Positions 19,034-28,585 of a DNA stretch of 64,000 bases are shown here, in pieces (the stretch's first letter is position 1; the number at the start of each line of letters is the position of its first letter). The notes under the pieces are model-generated. The model was not told where the DNA came from and did not search any database. It saw nothing but the letters and a program-made list of their open reading frames with translations. The DNA lies in the NCBI GenBank assembly GCA_965267575.1, contig OZ254086.1:416001-480000 (forward strand), given 5' to 3'. Origin of the DNA: Calditrichales bacterium. GTDB lineage: Bacteria > Calditrichota > Calditrichia > Calditrichales > J004. Position numbers and translations under genes: made by a program.

Positions 19034-19774
19034 TCAAATCTCCACACTTTGCAGATCATAAGCTGTTTCAATGGTCCGGTTGTGTTTTTTTAAAGCGGGC
19101 GGATCGTTTTCCGGGTAGATGTGTGTGGCAAGGGTTCTTGCGGGTTTTGCCTGTTCCACAAAACGCTGCAGATCCGACGGTGTCATATGGCCTTCGCGCG
19201 GGCTGCTGTCCGGCACGGCACACTCGCAGATGGCCAGGTCGGCGCCCCGGGCCAACCTTACGATCGCCTCATTATATCCGCTATCGCCAGAATAGAAAAA
19301 ACGCTTTTTGTTTTTGGAGAAGGCAAATGCCAGGCTGTTTTCCGTGTGCCCTGTCAGGCATGCTTCAATTTTCCAGCCGCGCCATTCTTTAACCATTTCA
19401 ACGGATTGGACCCGGGGGCCTTTTTCATTCATCCAGCTGCCCTGCCAGGTGGCCTGCGCGGCAAACCATTCACGGATATCGCGCGGCCCGCTGATGGTTA
19501 ACGCCCGGTTGCCGTTGTTGTCATGCACGTAGCGGTTGAGCAATAGGGGGAGCAGGTCGCTACAGTGGTCAACATGGTAATGCGACAGGAAAACAGCATC
19601 AATGGCTGACGGATCGATGTCGCAATCGTAGAGGCGTTTTAAAATACCCGGACCGCAATCCAGCAAAGCGCAGGCGCCGGATTGCAGGTCACGCAGAAGG
19701 TAACCGGCACAATTACGCTCTGCCGGGGCTTTAATCGTTCCAGAACCCAAAACAATTATTTGCATGTCGGACAT
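19034..19774 (-). CDS. MBL-fold metallo-hydrolase, RNase Z-like
   Basis: VLGSGT, LLDCGPG, SHYHVDH, YSGDS, THIYP. Confidence 0.85.
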   Translation of the reverse strand: MSDMQIIVLGSGTIKAPAERNCAGYLLRDLQSGACALLDCGPGILKRLYDCDIDPSAIDAVFLSHYHVDHCSDLLPLLLNRYVHDNNGNRALTISGPRDIREWFAAQATWQGSWMNEKGPRVQSVEMVKEWRGWKIEACLTGHTENSLAFAFSKNKKRFFYSGDSGYNEAIVRLARGADLAICECAVPDSSPREGHMTPSDLQRFVEQAKPARTLATHIYPENDPPALKKHNRTIETAYDLQSVEI

Positions 19775-19792
19775 ATTAAATCTCCCGGAAAT

Positions 19793-19825
19793 AAAAAAAG
19801 CACCGGCCTTGCGACCGATGCCTTT
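19793..19825 (-). terminator. Intrinsic terminator after the S8 peptidase gene
   Basis: Minus strand GCATCGG...CCGGTGC followed by TTTTTTT. Confidence 0.7.
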
Positions 19826-19845
19826 AAGATAATACGTGAGAGCGA

Positions 19846-22800
19846 TTATTTCAGCATTAAAATCTTTTTACGCAGGACATGCTTATTGTCCACCGTAATC
19901 TGATAAATGTAGAAACCGCTGCTCACGGCACCGCCATGGACATTCTTGCCGTTCCAGACAACGGAGCGAACGCCGCCTTCAACCTGCTCGTTCAGCAACG
20001 TGTTAACGCGCTGGCCCAGTACGTTGAAAATTTCAACCTTCACTTGGGCCTGTTCCGGCAGCATGAAGGAGATCGTCGTAGTGGGGTTAAACGGATTAGG
20101 CGTGTTCTCCGCGAGGCGGAAGCCTAATTCACCTTCAATATCCTCAATGCTGACATCACCGGCTATTTGTTCAGCAGCGGTGCCGTCTGTGCTGCCACAT
20201 GTTTCAACATTGGCGGAAGGATTGTAGGTGTAGTCGGTCTTAGTAACATTTTCAACGCAGAAAGTAAAGTCACCGTCACCATAAACAAAGCTGGAGGTGC
20301 TGGTCGCGATACCGTCTGAGTTTGTCGTAATCGTAACAGACGTATTTACACTGCCGGACCACTTCCCGTTAACCGTTGCACTGGCAACAGGGTTATCAGC
20401 GGCGTCAACGATCTTGACCTGGGCTTGACCGCGTGATATCACATAGCGGGTTTGCTTGGTTACATCTACATACTGAACGTGCATTTCGTTGGATGCGGGT
20501 TCAGTAACCGTGATGTAATCGGTCTTGGTTTCGCTGTCGCTGCCGCAGGAGTTAGTGGCTGTCATCGTTACCGTATAGGTGCCGGCGGCATTGTAGGTAT
20601 GCGTCGGATTCTGAGCCGTAGAGCTGCCGCCATCACCAAAATCCCAATCCCAGCCGGTGGGGCTGTTGCTGGAATTATCGGTGAAGCTCACCTCAAGTGG
20701 CGCTGTTCCGGACTGCGGACTGCCTGTAAAAGCAGCTACCGGCGGATCACATGGGGGCTCATTGACCGTGATGTAATCGGTCTTGGTTTCCGTGTCACTG
20801 CCGCAGGAGTTTGTAGCGGTCATCGTTACGGTATAAGTACCTGCCGTATTGTAGGTATGCGTCGGATTCTGAGCCGTGGAGCTGCCACCATCACCAAAAT
20901 CCCAATCCCAGCTGGTGGGGCTGTTAGTGGAATTATCGGTAAAGCTCACCTCAAGCGGTGCGTCACCGGAGGTTGGTGTCCCGGAGAAATCAGCCACAGG
21001 CGTATCGCAGGGAGGTTCCGTAACCGTGATGTAGTCAGTCTTGGTTTCACTGTCGCTGCCGCAGGAATTGGAAGACGTTAATGTGACCGAATAGGTACCG
21101 GCCGCATTATACGTATGTGTCGGGTTTTGTGTAGTGGAACTGTTTCCATCGCCAAAATCCCAATCCCAGCTTGTAACATCACCTGTTGATTCGTCCGTAA
21201 AAGATACTTCCAGCGGTGCGTCACCGGATGTCGGTGTTCCGGAGAAATCGGCGGTAATGGCGCCGTCTTCAACGGTGATGTAATCCGTCTTGGTTTCCGT
21301 GTCACTGCCACCCGGTCCAGTTACCGTAAGCGATACGGTATAGGTTCCGGCCGCATTGTATGTGTGGCTCGGGTTCTGGGCAGTGGATGTACCGCCGTCA
21401 CCAAAATCCCAGCTCCAGCTGTCAACATCGCCGCTGGACTGGTCGGTGAATTGCACTGACTGTGGCGCACAGCCGCTGGTAACATCAGCCGCGAAATCGG
21501 CGCTTGGCGCAACCGGTCCGCCGCCATTGTTTACGGCATTAAACGCGTTTACACGTCCTGCGCCCAATTTACCGGCATACGCTTCATTACCGGCAACGCC
21601 GTAGATATCATCAGATGTGTCATACAGATGCTGTTCAACCTGGTCGGCAGTCCAGGTGGGATTCTGCGACCAGATGAGGGCCGCGACGCCGGCAGCCATA
21701 GGTGTAGCCATCGATGTACCACTCAGCGAAGCGACATAGTCATTCTGTGGATCGTTGTGGTCATGATAGGTGCTTAAAATGCTGGTTCCGGGAGCAGTAA
21801 TGTCAACAAACGTACCGTAGGTTGAGAAATCCGATTTTACATCATTTTGATCTGAAGATGCTACACCAATAACGTCCGAACGGTCCAGCATATAATCGGA
21901 GCCTTCATCATCGTCGTTTCCGGCAGCCTTGAATACCATGCCGCCGCCGGCGATGAAGTAATCAAGCGCGTCGCCCAAACCACCACTATTGGAAGAACCC
22001 CAGCTGCAAGAGGCGATATGCGCGCCATTGTCTGACGCATAGTAGAACGCGTCAGCAGCAAAGTCCATCTGTACGTAGCCAACCTCAAAAATGAAAAGGC
22101 GTCCGGAATAACCGATTCGCATAGCCATAATTTTAACGCCGTTACCATCCACGGCCTGGCTGCCACTTAAACGACCGCCGGCAACGCCGCCAACCGCATA
22201 ACCGTTGTTGTTGATAGCAGACGTAATACCGGAGCAATGTGTTCCGTGACCGTTGAAGTCACGCGGATCGTTATCGGGAGTCGTGTCGTCCTCATCACCG
22301 AAACCGGTAACGCCGTCAACAAAGTCCCAGCCAATCCAGTCATCCACGTATCCGTTGCCGTCATCGTCCACGCCATCAACACCGTTTTTCTCGGCTTCAT
22401 TGATCCACATGTTACCGGCTGCGCCTTCCGGATTACTGTAAGATGCATTGGAGCCCCCAAGATCTTTATGGAAGTAGCGCACGCCCGTATCAAGAATGGC
22501 CACGATGATATCTTCGCTGCCGGTTTCGATGTCCCAGGCTTCGGGCGCATCAATATCGGCATCGTTGGACTGGCTTAAGTGCCACTGGTCCGTATAGCTG
22601 GGATCGTTGATATCCGCGTATGTACGGTGAATACCAACAGGCTGGGCGTCAACAACGCCTTTGAGCCGTTTATAGGCACGCACAACGTCTTCAACGTTTT
22701 CGCTGGCCTTAAAAGTAACAGAATACCACTGGCCCGGATTGATTGTCCGTCCCTGATAAACACGTGGCTTTAAATCGGGATACTTTTGAAGCAAACGATC

Positions 22801-23049
22801 CACCGCAAAGCGTTTGTTGAGATTGTCCAGCTCGCTAATGCCGGTTACGCCCTGCGCGGCGCTGGCGCTTTGACGGATACGTTCCATCATGTCGGTAGAA
22901 AACTTAACAACGATCTTGCCTTCAGCATATCCGGCAAAGGACGGGGCCTCGGCATTAAGATTGTCTACCTCTTTATGCTTGACGTCAGCCGCAAAAAGAA
23001 AGGTAGCAAAAATAAAAAGAAACAAAGCAATAGAACTTCGTTGAGTCAT
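19846..23049 (-). CDS. Secreted S8 (subtilisin-like) serine peptidase with 4 PKD domains and T9SS/FlgD-type CTD
   Basis: SD GGAGGAG before ATG 23049. Catalytic ILDTG / HGTH / GTSMA, four WDFGDG PKD repeats, NTPNPFNPTTTI CTD. Confidence 0.93.
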   Translation of the reverse strand: MTQRSSIALFLFIFATFLFAADVKHKEVDNLNAEAPSFAGYAEGKIVVKFSTDMMERIRQSASAAQGVTGISELDNLNKRFAVDRLLQKYPDLKPRVYQGRTINPGQWYSVTFKASENVEDVVRAYKRLKGVVDAQPVGIHRTYADINDPSYTDQWHLSQSNDADIDAPEAWDIETGSEDIIVAILDTGVRYFHKDLGGSNASYSNPEGAAGNMWINEAEKNGVDGVDDDGNGYVDDWIGWDFVDGVTGFGDEDDTTPDNDPRDFNGHGTHCSGITSAINNNGYAVGGVAGGRLSGSQAVDGNGVKIMAMRIGYSGRLFIFEVGYVQMDFAADAFYYASDNGAHIASCSWGSSNSGGLGDALDYFIAGGGMVFKAAGNDDDEGSDYMLDRSDVIGVASSDQNDVKSDFSTYGTFVDITAPGTSILSTYHDHNDPQNDYVASLSGTSMATPMAAGVAALIWSQNPTWTADQVEQHLYDTSDDIYGVAGNEAYAGKLGAGRVNAFNAVNNGGGPVAPSADFAADVTSGCAPQSVQFTDQSSGDVDSWSWDFGDGGTSTAQNPSHTYNAAGTYTVSLTVTGPGGSDTETKTDYITVEDGAITADFSGTPTSGDAPLEVSFTDESTGDVTSWDWDFGDGNSSTTQNPTHTYNAAGTYSVTLTSSNSCGSDSETKTDYITVTEPPCDTPVADFSGTPTSGDAPLEVSFTDNSTNSPTSWDWDFGDGGSSTAQNPTHTYNTAGTYTVTMTATNSCGSDTETKTDYITVNEPPCDPPVAAFTGSPQSGTAPLEVSFTDNSSNSPTGWDWDFGDGGSSTAQNPTHTYNAAGTYTVTMTATNSCGSDSETKTDYITVTEPASNEMHVQYVDVTKQTRYVISRGQAQVKIVDAADNPVASATVNGKWSGSVNTSVTITTNSDGIATSTSSFVYGDGDFTFCVENVTKTDYTYNPSANVETCGSTDGTAAEQIAGDVSIEDIEGELGFRLAENTPNPFNPTTTISFMLPEQAQVKVEIFNVLGQRVNTLLNEQVEGGVRSVVWNGKNVHGGAVSSGFYIYQITVDNKHVLRKKILMLK
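20500..21510. repeat. Four tandem PKD-coding DNA repeats (period 258, 258, 249 bp)
   Basis: The anchor ac(c/g)gtgatgta recurs at 20507, 20765, 21023 and 21272, with long near-identical stretches between units. Confidence 0.9.
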
Positions 23050-23150
23050 ACTCTCCTCCAATTAAGGGTAAGTTATTTGGCAAAGTCTTAATGATATACC
23101 GCTAAACACCTCCTTTCGGAAAATTGTAATCGTTTAAGAACTATTATATG

Positions 23151-24158
23151 TCAGAATTGGGTGAAAAAGTCTTCTTCAACCGCATGAAAATCAGGACGTT
23201 GCAAAGCTTTTTGAAAAATATCAACAAGAACCGGGTCGAACTGCTTACCACTGTGCTTTTTAATTTCATCGATTGCGTGGTTTTCGTTGCGCGCCTGGCT
23301 GTATGTACGACGCGACACGATAGCTTCATATGTATCAACAATGGACAAAATGCGGGCCATAATGGGAATTGCCTGGCCCTGCAGCCCGTCCGGATATCCC
23401 GAACCATCCCAGCGCTCATGGTGATGACGAATAATTGCCGCCACCTCCGTGAGTTCTTCAATATGGCCAACAATGCGACTGCCAATCAGCGTATGTTCTT
23501 TGACCTCATTATACTCTTCAAAGCAGAGATCGCTCTCCTTTTTTAGGATCGTATCCGGCAGGCCGATTTTTCCGATGTCGTGAAGCACCGCGGATAGCTG
23601 CAGCGTAAAAAGCTGGTCATCATCCATATTAATGCATTGACCTACGACCTTGGCAAAATGGGCCACGCGTATGGAATGCCCTGATGTGTAACTGTCCTTT
23701 GCTTCCAAAGCACTGATAAGCGCCTTGATCGCGCGCAGCAAAACGCGTGCATTGCGCGGATTGTGACGCTGTTGTTCGATGCGTTGACGTTGTAGATTTC
23801 GATCTATAATGGTAGGAATGTTATCAAGATTAAAGGGTTTGGAGAGAAAATCGGCGGCTCCTTTTTCCAGGGCGTGCTGAACGAGTGTTTTGTTGTCGGA
23901 CGCCGTAATCATTACAATCGGCGTTCTGATCAGGCAGCGGTGCACTTCGTCCAGCAAATCCAGGCCGCTGCCATCGGGGAGTGTGATGTCGGAAAAAATG
24001 ATGTCAAAACGTTCGGTTTTAATCATCTTCATCGCCTCAGTCAGTGACATCACTCCCGTATAAGAGTACTCGTTTTGCTTAAATGCCTTACAGATTGCGT
24101 GGTGGGTTACCTTTTCATCTTCCACCAGCAAAATGTTCTTATTTAGCGTCGGGTTCAT
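23151..24158 (-). CDS. Response regulator with HD-GYP phosphodiesterase domain (RpfG-like)
   Basis: N-terminal REC (LLVED, SDITLPD, KPF), then HDIGKIG and HHERWDGSGYP. Confidence 0.92.
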   Translation of the reverse strand: MNPTLNKNILLVEDEKVTHHAICKAFKQNEYSYTGVMSLTEAMKMIKTERFDIIFSDITLPDGSGLDLLDEVHRCLIRTPIVMITASDNKTLVQHALEKGAADFLSKPFNLDNIPTIIDRNLQRQRIEQQRHNPRNARVLLRAIKALISALEAKDSYTSGHSIRVAHFAKVVGQCINMDDDQLFTLQLSAVLHDIGKIGLPDTILKKESDLCFEEYNEVKEHTLIGSRIVGHIEELTEVAAIIRHHHERWDGSGYPDGLQGQAIPIMARILSIVDTYEAIVSRRTYSQARNENHAIDEIKKHSGKQFDPVLVDIFQKALQRPDFHAVEEDFFTQF

Positions 24159-25318
24159 TTAAAAGCATTCTCACCTGTGATGTGCTCGCCGAGAATCAAC
24201 GTATGAATTTCGTGTGTGCCTTCATACGTCAATACAGATTCCAGATTAAGGGCATGGCGCATGGATTGATACTCATCGGTGATGCCATTGGCCGCCAGAA
24301 TAGTACGCGACATGCGCGCAATACGCAAGGCCTGATGCACATTATTGCGCTTGGCCAGGGACACGTGGTAGTGTTTGGCTTTGCCTTCATCTTTCAGACG
24401 CCCAAGTTGGTGACAAATCAGTTGGGCCTTTGTGATTTCTGATAACATTTCCACAAGTTTTTCCTGCGTTATCTGAAACCCTGCGATCGGCTTTCCGAAC
24501 TGAATGCGGCCCTTGGAATAATTGAGGGCTTCTTCATAGCAGGCCATGGCCGCACCCACAACGCCCCAGGTAATTCCGTAGCGGGCTTCGTTGAGGCAGG
24601 ACAACGGACCACGCAGGCCGCTTACGTTCGGCAGCCTGTTTTCCTCGGGCACAAGGCAATCGGAAAAAATAAGCTCTGATGTGTCCGAGGCCCGCAGGGA
24701 AAGCTTGCTTTCCAGTTTTTTGGTTGTAAAACCGGGCATACCCTTTTCGACGAGAAAGCCGTTGATACCGTCATCTGTTTTGGCCCACACTACCGCTACG
24801 TCTGCCGCGCTACCGTTGGTTATCCACATTTTGGCACCATTCAGCAGCCAGCCGTCGGAGACGCGCTTGGCTGTTGTCGACATGCCGCCCGGATCAGATC
24901 CGTGGTCGGGCTCAGTCAACCCAAAACAACCGATTTTTTTGCCGGATGCCAGTTGTGGCAGCCACTTCTTTTTTTGCTCTTCACTACCGTAGCTTTTTAT
25001 GGGAAACATAACCAGGCTGCCCTGCACGGAAGCGAAAGAACGCAGACCGGTATCGCCTCGCTCCAGCTCCTGCATAACAATGCCATAAATAAAATTGGTC
25101 AGGCCCGGTCCGCCGTACTCTTCGGGAACCGTAACACCAAGCAAGCCCATTTCACCGAGTTCAGGTCCCAACTCCTGCGGAAACGTCCCGGCACGATAAT
25201 GCTTTACAACAAGCGGCATAAACCGTTCATCTACCCATTCGCGAACGGTCTGGCGAATCATTTTTTCTTCTTCTGAATATTGGTCGGTCAGATTATAAAA
25301 GTCTGTTCCCTGAAACAT
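24155..25318 (-). CDS. Acyl-CoA dehydrogenase, glutaryl-CoA dehydrogenase-like
   Basis: GCFGLTEPDHGSDP, KMWITNG, RIQFGKPI, TYEGTHEIH. Confidence 0.88.
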   Translation of the reverse strand: MFQGTDFYNLTDQYSEEEKMIRQTVREWVDERFMPLVVKHYRAGTFPQELGPELGEMGLLGVTVPEEYGGPGLTNFIYGIVMQELERGDTGLRSFASVQGSLVMFPIKSYGSEEQKKKWLPQLASGKKIGCFGLTEPDHGSDPGGMSTTAKRVSDGWLLNGAKMWITNGSAADVAVVWAKTDDGINGFLVEKGMPGFTTKKLESKLSLRASDTSELIFSDCLVPEENRLPNVSGLRGPLSCLNEARYGITWGVVGAAMACYEEALNYSKGRIQFGKPIAGFQITQEKLVEMLSEITKAQLICHQLGRLKDEGKAKHYHVSLAKRNNVHQALRIARMSRTILAANGITDEYQSMRHALNLESVLTYEGTHEIHTLILGEHITGENAFK

Positions 25319-25389
25319 TTACAGAGTCACTCCTTATGGATTTTGTGGTATACAGATGAGTATAAATGCTGAACGCGAATAATAATTCC

Positions 25390-27123
25390 TTAAAACATCC
25401 AGTTCAATTCGAGGCCGTAAATTAAGGCATTGTAGCTCTCATTGCCATTAAAAAACGTGGGGTCAATATCAGGATCTTCAATCACTGCTCTGGCCTGCGC
25501 GGTGCTGTAGCGCATGTTGCGGCTGTCCGTTCCGGCGATAGCCTTGAGGGAAATACTGGTATTGAAAAAATACTCCAAAGAAAGCTGCGCATTGATCTGA
25601 TCGTAATCGCTGAGCAAATCATCGGTGCCGCCATTTTGCGCGTCATTCAGTGCATAGTTGGCGGTGGCTTCCATAACCAGCTTACCGCGCATAATATCCC
25701 AGCGGCTGGTTTGGTATACAAAATAGTTCCGATTGTCTTTACCGTCGCTGAGCAACAAGCGCGAATAAACGCCCCCGCCGGATAACGAGAAGGTGCTGAA
25801 ACGCGTGTAAAAGTTGAAGCTGCCAATTACCTGCTCGGTGCCCAGTGGCGCGCCGCCGGCGATTTTGCTGAAGTCATCAAGATCAAGATAGATACCGGAA
25901 ACGGAGAAGCGGTGCAGATCGATGCTGTGCGACAATCTTAATTCGTAGCGGTGCGAGATTTTATCGGTCTTTGTCTCTTCCATCTCTTCGTTAAAAACGC
26001 TGTTACTGAGATCGTCTCTGTAGCCATAAAGAACTGTCGTTTGCGGAAAGGAAGGCCATTGCGCGGTGAGCGACATTTCCGCGCGGCGTGTCTCGGTGGT
26101 CGGTACCTGGTTTATATCATCAAGATTGTCTTCATACTGCTCCAGATCCACACCCAGCAGTAAGCGGCTGTTAAAGCTGTATCCGGTCTGAACGCGGAAA
26201 CCTTGCCGGTCATTCAGCAAAAACGGAAAACCGGCGCTGTAATAATCAAAACCTATGCGTTGATAAAAAGCGACAAAGTTAAAGCCTTTGTATTGAAAAT
26301 CGACGCCGCCCTTATAAGCATTGTCCTCGCTTCCGCCGCCATCCAGCGTATCCTTGGTGCTGAAAAAACCCTCGCCAAACAATTTCAGATTGCGCTTCCA
26401 GACATATACGTCACCGTCCGCGCCGAGTACCGTATTGCTGAGAGGCTCGTTCAGCGATGCACTGATCGAATTCTCATCATCTTTGGCGTAGAGGTAATTC
26501 AATCCGACTTTGTAAAAATCCTGTTCCCCGCTGACCAGGCTGCCGGATGCATAAAAACGGCGGTAAAGTCCGGTACTTTCAAATTGTTTGTATATACCGT
26601 TGAGCCGGTCGCCCTGGTCCAGCTCGCGTTGCGAGATGCCGAAACTGCTGCGGATTTCAAAAAATGCGTCGTTGTTCCACAGCTCATCGAAATAGAGGTG
26701 TACTTTTCCTCCGCGCACTTCCCTGCTTTGAACAAAAAAACCGGAGGGTGAACCCGATTCGTAAAAATCACCAAGAATAATTTCGTGGCGGTCAAAGCGC
26801 AGGCTGAAACTGAGACGGTCTATTGAATTAGGATCTTGCGGATCCAGGCTGTTCCAGGTGTTATTGCGGATGTCGCCCAGCAGGCTCATATCCAGCGTTT
26901 TGGTACGCCCGAAAAGCGCCAGGTTCATGGTTTGCTGAAAACCGGGGATCAATGAGGTTTTGCCGTATTGGTCAGCGTCTATACTGTCCGGTTTTATATC
27001 GGATTGCTCGTCATAATCAACGTTGGTCGATTTAATGGAAATGCGCCCGGTCAGGTCAAAGGTCTTTTGAGCCGACAGAAGTGCAGGTAAGATCAGCAGC
27101 AGGCAGCAGGCTATTTTTTTCAT
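25390..27123 (-). CDS. Predicted outer-membrane beta-barrel protein of unknown function
   Basis: Signal peptide, many amphipathic aromatic-rich strands, C-terminal YGLELNWMF resembling a BAM beta-signal. Confidence 0.7.
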   Translation of the reverse strand: MKKIACCLLLILPALLSAQKTFDLTGRISIKSTNVDYDEQSDIKPDSIDADQYGKTSLIPGFQQTMNLALFGRTKTLDMSLLGDIRNNTWNSLDPQDPNSIDRLSFSLRFDRHEIILGDFYESGSPSGFFVQSREVRGGKVHLYFDELWNNDAFFEIRSSFGISQRELDQGDRLNGIYKQFESTGLYRRFYASGSLVSGEQDFYKVGLNYLYAKDDENSISASLNEPLSNTVLGADGDVYVWKRNLKLFGEGFFSTKDTLDGGGSEDNAYKGGVDFQYKGFNFVAFYQRIGFDYYSAGFPFLLNDRQGFRVQTGYSFNSRLLLGVDLEQYEDNLDDINQVPTTETRRAEMSLTAQWPSFPQTTVLYGYRDDLSNSVFNEEMEETKTDKISHRYELRLSHSIDLHRFSVSGIYLDLDDFSKIAGGAPLGTEQVIGSFNFYTRFSTFSLSGGGVYSRLLLSDGKDNRNYFVYQTSRWDIMRGKLVMEATANYALNDAQNGGTDDLLSDYDQINAQLSLEYFFNTSISLKAIAGTDSRNMRYSTAQARAVIEDPDIDPTFFNGNESYNALIYGLELNWMF

Positions 27124-27138
27124 CTGTTTCCGTAATAA

Positions 27139-28569
27139 TTAGCGCACGATAATGCGTCTTGAATTGTCACGCGTTATGTTCCCCGCCAGGTCTTCCGCCA
27201 AAAACTGCAGGCGGTTTTCAGAGCGGGTCAGAAAAATCTCCGTTTCAAAAGAACCATCGGAATTGAGCTGTATTTCTTTACCATTCACAAGGAATCGCTT
27301 AATTCCCGATGACGGCTCCGGATCGATGATCACACCGCGTATTATCTGGCGAAACCTTTCCCGGTCATTGCGCTGTCCCGGCGGTGCCGGCGGCTCCAGG
27401 CGTACAAAATTAGGATTGGCCGGTTCGGTGATCGTAATAATCGGTTTGACCGTATCCAGGAAGATCTGCTCGGAGATATTATCGGTATTGTTGGAAAAAT
27501 CGCGTGCTTCAATATTAATAACATTACGGCCTTCGTTCAAAATTACCGTGCGGTTAAAACTTCCGCGGCCTCTAATTTCAGCGATTTCATCACCGTTTAT
27601 GAACACTTTTACCTTGTCCAGCGGGGTTTCATCAAATACGGCGCCGCTAAGGCTGTAATCGCGGCGGTTCAGGTAGCCGGTTACCAAAGGCGTGGATAAA
27701 CGGATCTGCGGCTTACGCGTATTGACCAGAACGCGAACATTCTCGCGCTGAACTTCGCCTTCCATTTCTGCAATCACATCAAAATTATTAACGCCTTCCG
27801 TTACGGGCACATTACCTGTAAAACGACCGCTGGCATCCACTGTAAGCGGCTTGCCTTTGGCTGAAACGCGCGCTCCCGGCGTGGTCCTGCCGTTGATCTG
27901 CATACCGCGTGAGAGGACAACAGGGTCAATCTGGAAAAGCGCCGGCTTGTTGACATTTAAAACCAGTCCGTCCGTCGTCCCGGTTTCTTCGCGGTCCGTG
28001 CTGGAAGGCTGCGTGGGCGATTCGCCCTTGCGCACGATCGTTTCCTGGTTGGCACCAACGCTAACCTCGCCGCCTGTGTCCTTGGAACTAACCGATACCA
28101 TCCCTTCGATAACCCTGACGTTGGTAGTCAGCGCATCATCCACAGCAACCTCAAAGGTGGTTCCGCGCACGGCCACCACTGCGCTGGGGCTTTCCACGGT
28201 ACGGCTTTGGCGACTGCTTACGATCTTTTTAAAACTGGCCCAAAGGCTGCCGGCCCAAAGCGTGAAACTCATATCATCTTCACCGCTTTCCGGCGATTCG
28301 ATTTCCTTCACGTCAAAAATACTGCTCTGGTCAATCTTGATAACCGACCCGTCGGGCATCTCCAGTTCAACCCGTGAATTCAAACCGGTTTTAAGACGAT
28401 CGCCTTCAAAAACCTGGGCATTAAGGCGGGCACGCTGCCAGTTGGTCTGATTGGCTTTCAGATATTGCACATCACCAACCATAAAGCGCACTTTCGCCGA
28501 TTCCTGCGCGAAAAGAGTTGTGGCGGCAAAAAGCAGCAAAAGCGTAAAGGGCATTGTCCTTCTAAGCAT
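27139..28569 (-). CDS. Secreted FecR-domain protein with three Ig-like repeats
   Basis: Signal peptide, FecR motifs (GDRLKTG..SRVEL.MPDGS; SPSAVVAVRGTTF), then three repeats of G.F...V.L.EG.N...I.A.D..GN. Confidence 0.85.
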   Translation of the reverse strand: MLRRTMPFTLLLLFAATTLFAQESAKVRFMVGDVQYLKANQTNWQRARLNAQVFEGDRLKTGLNSRVELEMPDGSVIKIDQSSIFDVKEIESPESGEDDMSFTLWAGSLWASFKKIVSSRQSRTVESPSAVVAVRGTTFEVAVDDALTTNVRVIEGMVSVSSKDTGGEVSVGANQETIVRKGESPTQPSSTDREETGTTDGLVLNVNKPALFQIDPVVLSRGMQINGRTTPGARVSAKGKPLTVDASGRFTGNVPVTEGVNNFDVIAEMEGEVQRENVRVLVNTRKPQIRLSTPLVTGYLNRRDYSLSGAVFDETPLDKVKVFINGDEIAEIRGRGSFNRTVILNEGRNVINIEARDFSNNTDNISEQIFLDTVKPIITITEPANPNFVRLEPPAPPGQRNDRERFRQIIRGVIIDPEPSSGIKRFLVNGKEIQLNSDGSFETEIFLTRSENRLQFLAEDLAGNITRDNSRRIIVR

Positions 28570-28585
28570 CTTTATTTCCTTAAAA

